A DNA stretch of 63,466 nucleotides, counting the filler, from Choristocarpus tenellus KU-1152 (taxonomy: Eukaryota > Protista > Phaeophyceae), in NCBI GenBank assembly GCA_964200185.2. It is 9 parts of 9 records of this genome, joined end to end, with 100 filler letters (N's around TTAATTAATTAA, not from the genome) between each part and the next. Parts side by side here need not be neighbours in the genome. Positions count along the whole stretch, not along the records: positions 12,295 to 30,143 come from CAXNAD020000621.1; positions 30,244 to 35,638 come from CAXNAD020010925.1; positions 35,739 to 39,678 come from CAXNAD020017032.1; 6 more parts are not named here. One strand, written 5' to 3'. Positions within the stretch are counted from its first letter, which is position 1. Every line of letters starts with the position of its first letter. The notes under the pieces are model-generated. The model was not told where the DNA came from, did no database searches, and worked only from the letters and a program-made list of their open reading frames with translations. Below, piece after piece: positions 12,195 to 36,630 of this stretch. The position numbers were made by a program, and so were the translations under genes.

Positions 12195-12294
12195 NNNNNN
12201 NNNNNNNNNNNNNNNNNNNNNNNNNNNNNNNNNNNNNNTTAATTAATTAANNNNNNNNNNNNNNNNNNNNNNNNNNNNNNNNNNNNNNNNNNNN
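12195..12294. other. Artificial contig linker
   Basis: N44-TTAATTAATTAA-N44. Confidence 0.99.
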
Positions 12295-12451
12295 ATCATT
12301 TCATGGAGGATGGATTTTTCCCAAAATGGTGCGCGGAAAGTGCCCATATGTTTTTTTTTTAAGGGCCCCTTTTTGAATGGGAATCCATGCAAAAACATAT
12401 GGGCACTTTCCGCACACCATATTGGGAAAAATGCATCCTCCATGAAATGAT
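12295..12451. repeat. Fold-back inverted repeat at contig start (61-bp arms, 3 mismatches)
   Basis: 12295-12355 is the reverse complement of 12391-12451. Confidence 0.9.
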
Positions 12452-15289
12452 CCATCCGCCATTATCTTGATCCGCTGTTATCTATTGTTAATAAAACCAC
12501 TGCAAAGACTTAATTCTCCAATGTGGTCGGTCTTCTGTAATAGTAGGGCGATTCTGAAGCACAAAGTGACATAATTTTCATTTGACATGGCTAACACTCA
12601 AAATATGATTATTATTACAGTAGTTCTTATTTGTGATCTAATTACTATCGTTATCGTTATCATTATTACTATTATAACCATTATTATTTGCAGGAGCTTT
12701 CTACTGTATATCTAGGTATGAAATTATACATTTCTTCCAATTTATCCTATTCGTTACACAGTCGTATTGCGTCGGCAGTAGGTATATACTGTGTCGATGT
12801 TTTGGTTAGAGCTCCATGAATGAATTCATTTTATGTTAGTGTATGCGTCAAAGTCACAGAATGTGTTGGTTGAACGGGTTATTGGTAGTTAACTGTTTGA
12901 AGAAGCATCAAACCACCCCTTGGGTACCTGCTACAACTTGATAATTTGGAGCAAAATCCGGAGTACAATGTCAACACTTTATTGAAAAATGAATTAGTGT
13001 CAACCCCCTCGCCCCTACTGTTATTTACCTTCTTTCCATCACCACACAAACTGCTAACACCTTGAATCTCATCATTTACTTGCCTCAATCTACCTCACCT
13101 TGTCTAATAATATCTTTCATGTGGAGAGTTTAACATTATAAACTTTACGTACATACTCCAGTATATGTAAAATAACCCCAACCCTAGCCCTCACCCTCAC
13201 CCTCACCCTAATCCCCTACTATACACACAATAATATAAATCTGATTGTCTTTGTAGAACAAAGAAGAACTAGATTTATTGCATTTACAGTGGCTGCAAAT
13301 CTTTTGTTGTTGTTGCTGAGAAAACTGCACCATCTTACTGACTTGAGTAATAACATCACTACCCGATCCGCCCCCTCCCTTTCCTTGCACCATATGTATG
13401 TATGTATGTATTATGTATGTATGTATGTATGTATGTATGTACACCATCCCATTTTGCTCTTCTTGCAGGAGACCATCACAGCCTGCCTCAAAAACAGAGG
13501 CACAGATTGACGAGGCAGTGTGTTGTGTGGGCCGAAACCCTCAAGGGAGAGGTTAGAGAGGTTTTCTTTGTACAAGGCTCTCAACTATTAATAGAAACAC
13601 TGCTTTCAGGTGGTGCATGCCGAAAACTGATTTGCTAAGACCTCATTTGTGAGAGTAGTCAATGCAAGCAATTGGTGGTCAGTGCTTAGTGTGCAGCCAA
13701 CTGTAACGTCATGTTCTGTACATGCCATCAAGGAAAGTACCAAATCCTGTTTGGCTACAAGTACCTGGCATGTCATAGTCTCCTCTCATCAACTACCTTT
13801 TCACTACTCAAGTACACTGGTTTTCCATGAGATAAGGCAATCATTCCATACTTGAGTTGAACATAGTATAGGCCGAAATTCCCATAATTTATGGCTGATT
13901 TTAAACTCGATTTAGATGCAGTCTTTTTTCCCTTGCCATCCTGCCAACAGAGGCAATACAATGAATTACATAAATATATACTCCAAGTATATAAAGTAAC
14001 CCAATCACTATAAGAGGAAAGAAAAAAACTTATTTGGAGTACATGATTGCAACACTGTTCAAGGATAGCACTGCTTGTTTCACTTAGAGAGGGAGAGTTT
14101 GTTGTGTAGAGCTATCCTATCTTAGGCAGGGGTCTATTTGGGCTTAATTGAGTATTTACAGGGCTTTCAAAACCTTCTACCTAACATCCCATTTCCACGA
14201 CCAAAGCACAGCTAACCCTCCTTAGGAGTCTGTGACTGTAGGAGGGAAGAAAAACGTTCATCCGCAGAAGGCGAAATTGCCCTCCAGAGTGCCAGAAAAA
14301 AACCTACCAGAAGGCAGTCAGAGGGCCCCCAAATACCCAAGAGTATCCCCCGCTGAGATATGACAGCTAGTACTACATTGTAGCTATGGTGTATGATAAG
14401 GGGCATCAATCAGATCTATTTGATATATGATATATATCTGCATGCCACCAGTATTTGAGAGGTTAGTGCTTGCTTTTAGAGTGTTGCTAATAATGACTTC
14501 CCTGTGTGCAGAGAGGGGGCCAGGATGGCTGATGATGTTTCCATCAACAAATGATGGAACTCTGGAGAACTAAGTTTTACTTACTTCTAGCAATACGCCA
14601 TACCTGTCATTCTCGTCCATGGTGGTTTATCATTGAACTTAGACAAGCGGGAAACACTTTGCTTGGTAGACATTCTAAGCTCTATCCCCAATGCAGGAAA
14701 TTAGAAGTAGAGAGTGATTTGAAGAAATCTTTCTGAGCCATGGTATACCTGAGAGGGGTCTAATTAGTTCCTCTTGATTGAAAGGGCCTTATCAAAATCT
14801 TCTACCTGACACCCCCATTCCCATGCCCGAAATAGAGCTAACCCCTCATCATCAGAAGGCTGTGGCTGTAGAAGAAGAGGCGAGAAATCCTCCATGCAAG
14901 CCTCCAGAGTGCCGGGAGCCTCATCATGTACTGAAAGTCAGTTACAGAGGCTCCTTATTCTCAACGACCCCCTTGAGAATATTATAGCTCACTACTGTGC
15001 TTAGCATTGCACATAGCCGTAGAATGAAAGTTAGCAAGAGGTACCCAGGTTTTGGAGCTTTTCCTTTGAAGTCACTTTTTTCATCTTTCACAATTCACCC
15101 TAAGTGTGGGTATTTTGGTTTTCGCATTTTGTTCCGAAACAGTCTGAACCTATTCTGAGAAGTGGAACCGAAAAAAGGTCAATTTTGGTCCCATTTTCAG
15201 TGTCTGCACTACGCTCGACGGGTGCAACGCCCCCCCATTGTCACGCAACATTTCAGCACCTTGCCAAGAGCCGTACGACTCTCGCTTAG

Positions 15290-16271
15290 CCTCTGGACCA
15301 TGGACGCAAGTCCCGTAGCCAAGCAACAAGGAACCGCATCAACACAATTCATATTGAAGAAGCATGGTTCTACCTCATCCGCAACAGGGAGTGCATTCAC
15401 ATGTTTCCCAGGGAGGAAAGGGTGGGGTCCATGAACTAACAGCTCTAGAGGCACATTCCTAAGGTGATGTTCATCTGAGCTGTTTCGCTCCCAGAGCCTT
15501 ACCGCGATTTCGACAGCAGCAAGATTGAAATTTGGTGTGTTTGCATCATGAAGCAGGTGCAGAGAAATTTGGTCTGTCCCAAGAGGGGGCAGCAATACAA
15601 CTTCGATCTGACCATTGACGCTGAGTGGTACGGGAGTGGTACGTAGAAACGTTTCCCCCTGCATTGAAGAAAAAAATGCCGTGGTTGGAGGGTGAGGAGG
15701 TGGTTGCGCAGCAGGACACAATGATCCCCAATATGGGAAAAAAACATGTAGTGGAACCTAAATGAAGCTGGGAGGAAAGGAGAGTGGTACGTCAAGCTGG
15801 TAACACAGCCTGCACAGTCACCTGATCTCAATATCAACTATTTGGGGTTCTTTGCATCCAAAAAAAGTCGAGTTTGGAGAGAGTGTTACGGTCCCATCGA
15901 CGAGCTCGTGAAGGGGGTAAAGGGCATGCATGGTGTGTACGGCGCAGCCTCTTCAGAGAGAGGGTGGGGAAGAGCCCTCTTTAACTGGCCCGATCAAGTA
16001 TTGAAGGTGCTAGGGTGTAATAATTTCGAGGTACAGCACGCCGGAACTGAGAAAAGGCTGTGCGAGGGAATTCTGCAAAAATTAGTCAGAATCGACGGAG
16101 GGACTTTCGACGTGATAGTGAATTGTCTAATTGATAGGCATGGGGAGAGGGACGGAGAATTATTTTCATGTATAAAACATCAAGGAATCCAACTCAAAAA
16201 AACGTTTTTTCATTGGAGGTCATCTTGAGAAGTTACACCCTTAACGTCGCAGACTCACAGGACAGAGGGAG
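15290..16271 (+). mobile_element. Tc1/mariner transposase relic, copy 1 (3' half plus right TIR)
   Basis: Frameshifted motifs (HGSTSS in place of DEKWFY; HIPKVMF; KMPWLEG; VKLVTQPAQSPDLNIN; LGFFAS...; GCNNFEVQH). Ends in ggacagagggag followed by TA at 16272-16273. Confidence 0.85.
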
Positions 16272-16502
16272 TATAAATGATGATACTATGTAGAGTGAGG
16301 GACACAACTACCTGTTCGATTGCAGGTTTTGCTGATGCAACAAGTGAACCTGGCACACAAGTCATGATCAAATGAATACCTTAATTTGTACTTGCTGGGC
16401 ACTTCCTCCTCACCACTACTCAAGCATTCACTCTGCTTGTTCCTCAGAGATAACATAACTTACAAGGCACTTACAATAGATGTATGTCCACGATGCAGTA
16501 TA

Positions 16503-18090
16503 CTCCCTCTGTCCCATAGGTCTGGACCATTAAGTTGTAGCTCTTCAGAATGACCTCTGATTACAAAACAGATTTTTGCGTCGGATTCCTTGGAATATGT
16601 TACATTAAAAAACTATGTCTCATCTCTATTTGACACCGTCAACCCACCAATCCAGGGCTGCCGCGGGTGCTGCTCGGTCTACTTCAACTGATCTAGCCAG
16701 CCTGCCCTTTTGCTACCTTATTTGGTCCCGGTGTGCTCTACCTCGAAATCGTTCCCCCCCAGCGCCCTTAACACCTGATTGTACCTCTTCAACAGAATCT
16801 GCCACACCCTCTTGAGCTTGTTTGCATCGTATGTGTGGAACATGCTTGAAACTCCCTCTCCAAGTTCATCAACAGTGCCATAACGCTCCAACCCAAGCCC
16901 TGCTCTTCAGAGATGTAAAACCCCAATCATTGATGTTGAGATCTAGTGACTGCACCAGTTGCATCACGAGCTTGATGTTCCATCTCTCCTCCATCCCTGC
17001 AGAGTTCAGCTTTTGCACCGTGCCCTTGCCTGTATGTGGGGTTGTGCTGTCCTGCTGTATGAAGCCCCCCCCCGATTCCAGCCATGGCATTTTTTCCTTC
17101 ATCACTGGCAACAGCTGCTCCATGTTCTACTCCAGGTACCACTTGACGTCGACGGTGATATCAACCTCATATTCCTCACCCTTTGTGTGCCATGCTGTAG
17201 TCCGTTGCACCTCCTTCATAGCAAAAACCCGCCAGATCCCAATCTTGCCATTGAAATCATGGGAAGGATTTGGGATTGAAAAGGCGGACACGAACATCAC
17301 TTTGGGAATGTGACTCTTGTGCTGCACCTTCGTCGAGCCCACCTTTTCCTCCCCCGGGAACATGTGCACCATCTCTCATTCATGAATAAGGTAGAACCAT
17401 CCCTTGTCGATGTAAATGGTGTTGAGGCCAGTCCTGTAAGTTTTGCGATTGCAGGAGATCTGGTCGAGATCAAGTCTACCCATCATTCTTAAAACAAAAG
17501 GCTAGGGGTGGTGTACTGCGGAACCCTTGTTGCCCCCATGGCTTCGAGTCAGTGGTGAAGGTTTGAGCTGCCGACTGCAAGGCTCGCTTCAGCGAGCTTT
17601 GTAAAAAGTTAGTCGATAGTCAGCATGTGATTACTGGTGTTGATTTCCTGGATCTTTGCTTGTTTCATTGGCGTAAAGTCCGACGGCCGCCCAGATCATG
17701 CTTGCGATTTCCGGGGAACGGTATTCCCCCTGTCGAACAGTTCTTTGATACACGCCCACACCCATCTAGGGTGTCTCTCTCCCACTCCAAACTCTTTCAC
17801 CAATTTAGACCCCACACCCCTAGGGAACCTCTCGTGACCCGGATGAAGAGCCAATTCATAACACAGAGCAAGTGCAGTTCGACCTTCCTCGGTCAGTTTG
17901 CAGATCTTTCCTTGAGGCGGGCTTTGTGCCAGGAACGACAGGCTGTGGGGTCTCGCGATGGGGGTTGTGAGAGTATTGTGCGGCTCCACGCTGCAGCAGG
18001 AACATAAAAAAATGATAAGAATTTTCCCGATTTTGTATTCCATTCTTTCGGAACCATTTCAGAACAGAAGTCTTTTCTTGAACGAGGAAT
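16503..18090 (-). mobile_element. Tc1/mariner transposase relic, copy 2 (near full length, DD40D spacing)
   Basis: TA then ctccctctgtccc TIR at 16503. Fragments include KLTEEGRTALALCY..., KVQHKSHIPKVMFVSA...FNGKIGIW and QQDSTTPH...QSLDLNINDWGF. Confidence 0.9.
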
Positions 18091-19413
18091 TCCTAGTAAA
18101 CGCGAGTCATCAGCTCGCATTGATGAGGAACAACACAAAAAAGCATACCAATGATGTAGGCAGTGGTATAAGCAGGCATTGGTGCCAGTCAAGTTCATTC
18201 ATCATTGTTCTGTAGCACTGTCTGCAAACAAATAAATGCCACAAGCCAGGGTCAGCTACAGGAGATACGCTAATCAAGCCGTCTTGCACTTCATGCCATG
18301 CACAGTGGGTAAAAGTCTTAATAGTGCAAAAGGAAGGAAGTACAGCAAAAGGAATATGGAAATCCGGATAGAGGTCCAGCAGAATAGTACGGAGGATTAT
18401 TATTAGTGACCTTGACCCTTTGTAACAAGAGGCAGAGTCTTGGGAATGGGCTTGACCACACTACTAATGCTGTTGATTGCTGCAAGTGTCTTCACACTTA
18501 CATCACACATCATACATGAACCTTGCACCACCTTTTATTGGTCATCTTTGAGTCCCTTGGGGCATGAAATAGACAGTTGCTGTCGTATCATATCTTACCC
18601 CACTTTCAGTACATGGGATGGGGAATGTAACAAGACCCAAATCAGAACAAAACCCAAGATTTCAACCACAACCAAACACGAAAAGCACATAATTAACAAC
18701 ACACCTGTAATACCTGGGTTGAGTCACAACGAACACTATTAATATTACTGTAGTATTAATAGAGACCTCTCAGACAAACAAAAAAAATCACAAAACCTCT
18801 TGTTTGGGAGGACATCAAACAGATACGTAACACACACAAAAGACAACCCACAGCAAAAGACAAACAAAAACACGCCTACATACATTTACAGCAAGTCAAA
18901 ACGATCTTCCCCAAATCCAAGAACGTTCTTTTTTCTAACATGATGGTCAATGACCACAAACCGTGCACACAGACCAAGGCAAAGGGACAAAAGAGACACG
19001 CTACAATTACACTTTCCCAGCAGGTAGCCAGCCAGTCCTCACAAAGGCAGAATCAAGGATAGTCACAAAAAACTTTACACAAACATCTTACCTCTTGTAA
19101 CAGTATAGTTTTCATCCACAACCTCCCATATATGGAGATAGTACACAAGCACCCCACCCCATAGCAGGACACAGTAGCATTCACAACCCAAGCCCCCTCA
19201 CACACATTCAGGTGTATCAAGGTGTGATGCGTATGGGTGTGTGTCTTGGTGAGGGGTGGGGGTGGGCGGGAGGGACTACTTTTCAAGAAACGGACAAGGA
19301 TTCCACACTGAACATAAACCCACGTACCTCTGTCTTCTGCCCTCTACCCCCAATACCTCTACTGCACACTGGTAGGGACACACTGGTACCCCTATTAACT
19401 TCTGTAGCCCATA

Positions 19414-30031
<10,618 letters not shown>

Positions 30032-30143
30032 CTGAGAACAAAAAAAAAAAACGAAAAAAAAAAGTTACAGACTTTTTTTCAAAAAATTCAAATAAAAATA
30101 ATAATAAAAATAATAATTAAAATAAAAATATATAATACAAAAA

Positions 30144-30243
30144 NNNNNNNNNNNNNNNNNNNNNNNNNNNNNNNNNNNNNNNNNNNNTTAATTAATTAAN
30201 NNNNNNNNNNNNNNNNNNNNNNNNNNNNNNNNNNNNNNNNNNN
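30144..30243. other. Artificial contig linker
   Basis: N44-TTAATTAATTAA-N44. Confidence 0.99.
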
Positions 30244-32507
30244 CCCCTTACACATCTGCAAAATGTCAGAGGGCATAATAATAATATATATACATATATA
30301 TATGAAAACCACCTCTTTCGTAAAGAAGGTACGTTAAAAACGTATGATTATACACGTTATTATTTGTTATTTTGCCCTCGGACATTATTTTCAGGTGTGT
30401 CAGTATTCATATTACATACAACTATCTCCATGATGAAGACGCTAGGTTTCAAAGATACAACACATATTTCAAGGAGGTATTTTACAATAATATATTTGAC
30501 AACTAACCGTTGTATCTACAACCATTGCACTAGTAGTAAGTCAGGAGGTAGGCGGGTTGCATTTCAAGGATTTCACGGAGGGAGAAATTTACGCCATTTT
30601 CTACAAATAATATTGAAAGAAACTTCGCTGAATTGTGGTGTCATTTTGTGGTTGGAAAAGGGAATATCAATTTTGCGTACATTATTGTTCATAATATATA
30701 TAACGCAATGAAATAGGGTATTGGCTTGGAATGCAAAAAGGGTCCAACTCTGCCTGCCTCTCAATTGGTTTGTTTGGCTCAGTAGTAGTCCTTTCCAAAT
30801 AGTCTTTGATCATTGGTGTTCCCCCTCCCTGACATGATAGCAAAATGTTACAGGGTATCCATTATAATATTTTTTAATACCCTATCACATTTTGGAGATA
30901 GATGTGTCGGGAAAATCCAAAACTAATATTACAACAACCCCTGTAAAAAGTAGGGGTTGTCGTAAATGTGAAAGATACGGCACCCCCCAAAAGACTATTT
31001 ACTATTTGAATGCCAGCTATACTACAACACTCCCTCAAAGGTTGGCGATTACAATGTTAAGTGTACACTGCTGCTATACCTCTATCCTACCTTTGCCCTA
31101 AACAGCTGGGCGAGGAGGTAGGGAAGCATCCCAAAAATCTCTTACGCTCCTTGTTGCCCACGCGCCTGGTGTCTCGAGCTTGAAATGCATGACGCATCTC
31201 AAGAGAGCCACTTGTGCAGTGACATACACTATCTGTGTCAAACGGACAGTGTTTCCTCATTTTTGTTGAGATTTTATATTGTTATCGCTAGACATGAACC
31301 AATAATGGATATTTGTGACTCCTCCTTCGGCTTTAGTCCAAATAATCCACACCTCAGACATCATTATACCTTCACAGATAGCACTTGAAGGTGGAGGTAT
31401 TTTGCTAAAGCGTTCGTTAAGTTTTTGACTGGTGTTTATTAGAATCACATGGTGCCTTGAGTTATGTTGTCCAAGGTCTGGACTATTTGGATGACTGACA
31501 CACACCATGTTTTCATATTTTTCTCCATACATTGCAGCCTGTTTTCTTGTGTGTTGATGAGAATCCACGCAACAAAGTCTGCCTACATGATGGGACAGCT
31601 GGAGCACTGTGGACACTAACTGGTGGAGCTTCCCCTCCTCCTTCCACACAGTACCATCCCCAGCTGTTACCCCACTCACAGCATTGCTTCCTACTGTGCC
31701 CCACCCTGGCTACAGAAAGTCGGCAGCAGTAGTCCATTATATATGTGGGAGAAATATTAAGTCTGAATTATGGAATAAGGCATTGAGCATGCTGTGCATT
31801 CAATGTCACCTTTCATAGTAGTCATAGCATAGAACAAGGGAGGTACGAATGCATAGTCGAAAGCTATTCAATTACTGCATCACCAATGGAAGATAGCTAC
31901 CACCACTGCTAACAACAGATGCATGTTTGAGTGTCTCATGATTCCTGCTGTACAAATGACTGTGCAAGCTTGGGACGGACCAGAAGTCAACATCTTGTTT
32001 CTTGTTCAGCTGGTTGTGAAAAAAACCTTGGATGGTTGTGACTGAAGTGGCATCTCATTATCTATTTTAACACACAATCAAGATGAGGATAACCACCCCC
32101 CACTTGGAAGTGACAAGACCTGACTGGCTAAGGGAGTCAAGCAAAGGTGGGGCATGAGGATCAAGATGAACAGGGGACAAAATGCAACACAGGCTGTGCT
32201 GGTAGTGCAACCAAGTCCTGCAACACATAACTTACTTCACCACTATCTATGTCCTGAAGCCAACCCTCTATGCACCCACAAGCTGTGTGGTACATGCAGT
32301 TGAAGCATCACAGTCTCGATCAGCCCCAGCTGTTTAGCCACTTGCATGTAACAGATAAGGTGCATCAAACATCACAAAGCAGCAGAACAAAGCCTTTTGG
32401 CAAGAACGGGTGTGGGGTGGGGAGGGGTGGGGTACCTATGGAGGGGAAGGTCGAAAGTGGAATACAGATTTGGGCCCATTGCCTCTATTGCCCGACCTCC
32501 ACCCCAT

Positions 32508-35500
32508 CTACAAAGCTTCGTCTTCAAGATAGCTGTACTCAAATCGGAAGTCTGACTTGATCCGTTGACACCATCCTGTCTCATAGTCAAAGTACACATA
32601 TGTGCCCTGCTCGTACTCCGCAGTGGACACCTTGGGCTCCTCATGCCGCTATGATTTGACAAAAGGTATTATTATTGTGACAGGGCAAGGAAGTGGGTGG
32701 GAGATATTGGAAGATGGCGGAAGAGGGTAGGTGGTGCGGACTAGATCAGGGCAGGAAGGCATTCACACAATGTGTGATTTGCAGAGCACTTTTGGGAAGA
32801 GAAGGCTTATAATAGATGGAAAAAGCACCCCTTCCGAAATAATAATACAATATACATAGCCTACACTACTAAAACACCCTTACTACCATACCTTAACCAG
32901 AACACCACCTAATGAAGCCCCTCACTGAACAACCACCCTATCAAGATCATGCTTGGAAGCATATCTTAACTCTCTAGTACTGAGTAGGACAAAAAATAAT
33001 AGGAATGTGCACACCCACACCCACATCCATGCCCTATACAAACCTCTGCTGACAGGGGTCCACCATTAACCCAGCCAGTCAAAATATGCAAGTCAACAAC
33101 CCACCCAATAATGCAGGTTTCAGAAAAAAAAAGAAGCACCACGACTCACACAACACACAACTTCAAACGTTTTAGTACTATACACAAAAAGGGGTAGTTT
33201 GGACAGTGGATATCGTAGGGCAAACGCACTTATCCTGGCCCACGGACACTACGGACTGAGACGCATTAAGCGAGCACACAACGAAGAAGGGGCATCTTTT
33301 TCTTGTAGGAAAAAGAAAATCACATTATCTTCTTTATTCTCCTTCAAAAGATCGAAAACGAAGATGTGAAAAAAATAATGAGCTGACTCTGTAAAAATAA
33401 ATATTCAGAGGACAGCCCCCCAAACGTGTTCTCGACAACATCACGAAGCAAAGCGCATCAATAAAAATAAATAAATAAACAAAACCGCACAAAAAAAAAA
33501 GCAATAAAAAAAAAAGCAAGCACAACCCTTGTGATGGGCAATGAATGCTACCAAACTGGGGACTGTACAGATAACCGACTGTATAGAGCAACTGGACCCC
33601 CAACATTGTCCTAGTAAAGCCAAAAGGCCTGAGTTGTCACGAATAATGGGCATTTATGTACTGAATATGATCCAACGTTCTAGGCACACCACTATCACCG
33701 AGTGGTACATCTTTCAAGGTGGTTCAAAAAAGAGTTACGAGGACTCAAAAACACGAAACTCTGGGTCTCTACTCTATATCCCGAATCCCCCACATCTCAA
33801 TCTCGATGTCCATGGTTATCTCTTACATGAAACAACAACAATAACAACAACAACAACAACAAAATGGAACAAGAGTGGAAGTTCTTCACCTGGAACCAAG
33901 TCATGTACTTCTTATGGAATCGCCAGGACTGCCGCTTTAGTTCCCTCGCAGCCAAGTACTGCTGGTATGTGCCCTGCTGGTAGTAGAATATCAAGAAGAG
34001 ATTGTCCGCGTTCATCTTCTCAATTAGGTGTGCATTATCCAAGACAGGTAATGGTTGCGTGGGAAATGCTGACGGCACTCGACAAGGATTACGGGGAACA
34101 TACCTGGAAAAATTTGGAGGCAGGGCAAGGGAGTGGGCGAGAATTTGTGGAGTTACTGAGGGTGACAAAGGACGCAAGAGCATCATTGGTGTGGTTACAG
34201 CAACAAGAGGGAGTTGCAACATAGCAACAAGCACGAGATCATACTGAATAAACAACCATGTGCGCCAACAGTCACACCGGGTACTTAACACTTTGAAATC
34301 ATCTTCTCACTCCTTCAAGCTCTGACATTCACCCATGGGCAGAGGCAAACACTCCACAAGTCCATCAACAAAGAGGGCATCAGAAAAGACAGGTTGCAGA
34401 AGGATACCTCTCTTACCAACCGCCTGCTTATCTTCAGCCCGCACACCTTACCAGGCATTAATTGATCACAAAAAAGTACACACAATAGTAACTCTGAACT
34501 GTTCTAAAAGGGGTTCCCAATACTTGGAAGGGGTTACTTAGACTAAAAACATTAAATAATTATCTACCAGTGGCAATACACACTCGGGCAGAGTTCCTAA
34601 GCCCCCCTCTCGCCCACCCCAAGGGCGGCCACATCTGCTGGCAGCACTCTGTAGTGCCCTGAACGAACAAGCTACAATCACATTGCCTAACAAGAATCAA
34701 CTACCTGTACTGATGGAACTTACTGCTTGGGTTGCTCTGAGTCATACACCTGGGGAGCAAAGGACATGCTCTGCTCCAATATGGCTCGGCTGCTAGACAC
34801 GTCATTCTGGAAAGACGTTCCAGGCATGGAATGCCCTGGCATACCCATGCCAATGCCTGCTATTTAAAGGTGGTAGAGGTTAGAATGTTGGACTGTGTGT
34901 GCGTGTGTGTGTTTGTCTGATGCAAAGGCAAAAAAGTAGACGCAAAATTCTTACGATCTTCTTGAAGGTCCAGTTCAACAAGGTCAATTCATTTCAAGTT
35001 TTCATGAACACCATCCAGTCTAATTCCAATGATCAGTACAATTGATAAACCTGAAGCGCACTTCTAAACAAAAATTCCTCCACAAAGTATAGTCATTACA
35101 ATACAACTACAGTACTTCAACTCCACTGACATTTTGCAGCTGTTGCCATGGGGAAGGGGCACAACTATACACGTACCAACACAACAAAGTATCAGCATGG
35201 GCTTCAACTAAAAAAAAATCTGTTTACCAAAGCTGTCATCAGTGTCAATCAAGCATGCATACAAAATGTCTCCAGTATGCTCATGACCTGGGGGTGGGTC
35301 CAAGTCTCTCAAGAGGGACCAACCCTTGTCTGGACACCACCTACCATGGCAGGGGAAAAGCACCAACACACTATCACTACAAAAACCAAGAAACGAGAAA
35401 AAACATCACCCACCCCACTCCTACCATTTTCCTCCTCTGTTCCCATGCCCATTCCAGACGGAAGCTCCCCCCCAGCCCCTCCCCCACCATGACCCTGCCC

Positions 35501-35638
35501 CTGGTGTTGCGGGTGCCCTTGCCCATGCTGTGACTGCTGAGACTGCCCAACAAATGTCCCCTGCTGCCCCTGCCCCTGCCCCTGTTGGCCTTGCTGCTGT
35601 GGGGTTTGAGGTCGCTGTTGCGTCTGCTGTGAAGGTAC
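32508..35638 (-). CDS. CNOT3: CCR4-NOT subunit 3 (Not3/Not5), C-terminal NOT-box part
   Basis: Exons 35638-35425 (Q/G-rich), 34859-34724, 34103-33890 (YVPRNP...[37 protein letters not shown]) and 32648-32508 (RHEEPK...[31 protein letters not shown]). Canonical NOT2_3_5 domain. Confidence 0.96.
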
Positions 35639-35738
35639 NNNNNNNNNNNNNNNNNNNNNNNNNNNNNNNNNNNNNNNNNNNNTTAATTAATTAANNNNNN
35701 NNNNNNNNNNNNNNNNNNNNNNNNNNNNNNNNNNNNNN
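35639..35738. other. Artificial contig linker
   Basis: N44-TTAATTAATTAA-N44. Confidence 0.99.
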
Positions 35739-36630
35739 GGGGATTTTGGTCATTTTGACCTCAAGGGGGCTTACAAAATGTTATGCCTGACACCCCATCT
35801 CCAATACCCAAATGCAGGTAACTACTATCAGATGTTTGTGGATGTAGAAGTGTGTTCAGATCAGGGAACTTGTCTTATCCTAGAACACGATCCATGCTTA
35901 ATCTCGCACATAATTTCAAATTCAAAATTCAAAATCCCTAGGACGCTTCAACCGAAAACTTACCAAGTACTGCAAACTTACTCGCCGATAAGAGCCCTTG
36001 CAACAATAGACCTACTGTGGTTTGCAGTGTGTACAGACTGCCCCAATGCTTGGCAAACCTCATCTATATGTTTGACCCCCCAGTTGATCCACGTCGATGG
36101 GTCAGGTCTATCCGCATCAGAAGCGCTTGAAAGCCCCGGCTCTTAGTAATACTCATTCCGTTAGCAACCTGTTATATCACACGCGTGCACAACTGGGCAC
36201 ACACCCTCACATAGTCGATGTCCTGTTGGTTCATGCAAGGTAGTGATAGACAGCAAGAGTCTGTGACTCCATTTTTTTTTTATAGATCCATTCAAAAGTA
36301 CTCTATATATATATATATTATATATATATATCTGATGCAAATGAAGCCTTCATGAATTGGATTGAGTTGTGTGCATGGTTCTAAAAGCTGGTTGCTCTTA
36401 GGTGCGCTGCATGGTGCTGTTACAGGTAATGCACACCCACCAAACCTTATGGAAATGTCCTTAACCCCGTTGTGTATCACAGCCAATCCCTTACTTTGAA
36501 CCGTGTTCCATGCCTCTACCGTGACTTCAAGTTGCTTTTTAAATGTGGGTTTGGGTGTGTACCTAATCCTGATTACTTCAAGTTGCTTTTTAAAATGTGT
36601 GTGTGTGTGTGTGTCCGTAATCCTGATCAG

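Noticed and set aside
13240-13780. piggyBac C-terminal Cys-rich relic (GQCLVC...CNVMFC...WH)
   Set aside because: The motif needs several frame changes, and no TTAA-flanked TIR or DDD core was found
31257-31679. Tc1-like fragment (HPNSPDLG)
   Set aside because: Single short motif without the other catalytic motifs or TIRs
33541-34224. 227-aa plus-strand ORF
   Set aside because: Antisense shadow of the CNOT3 exon and intron with no recognisable motifs
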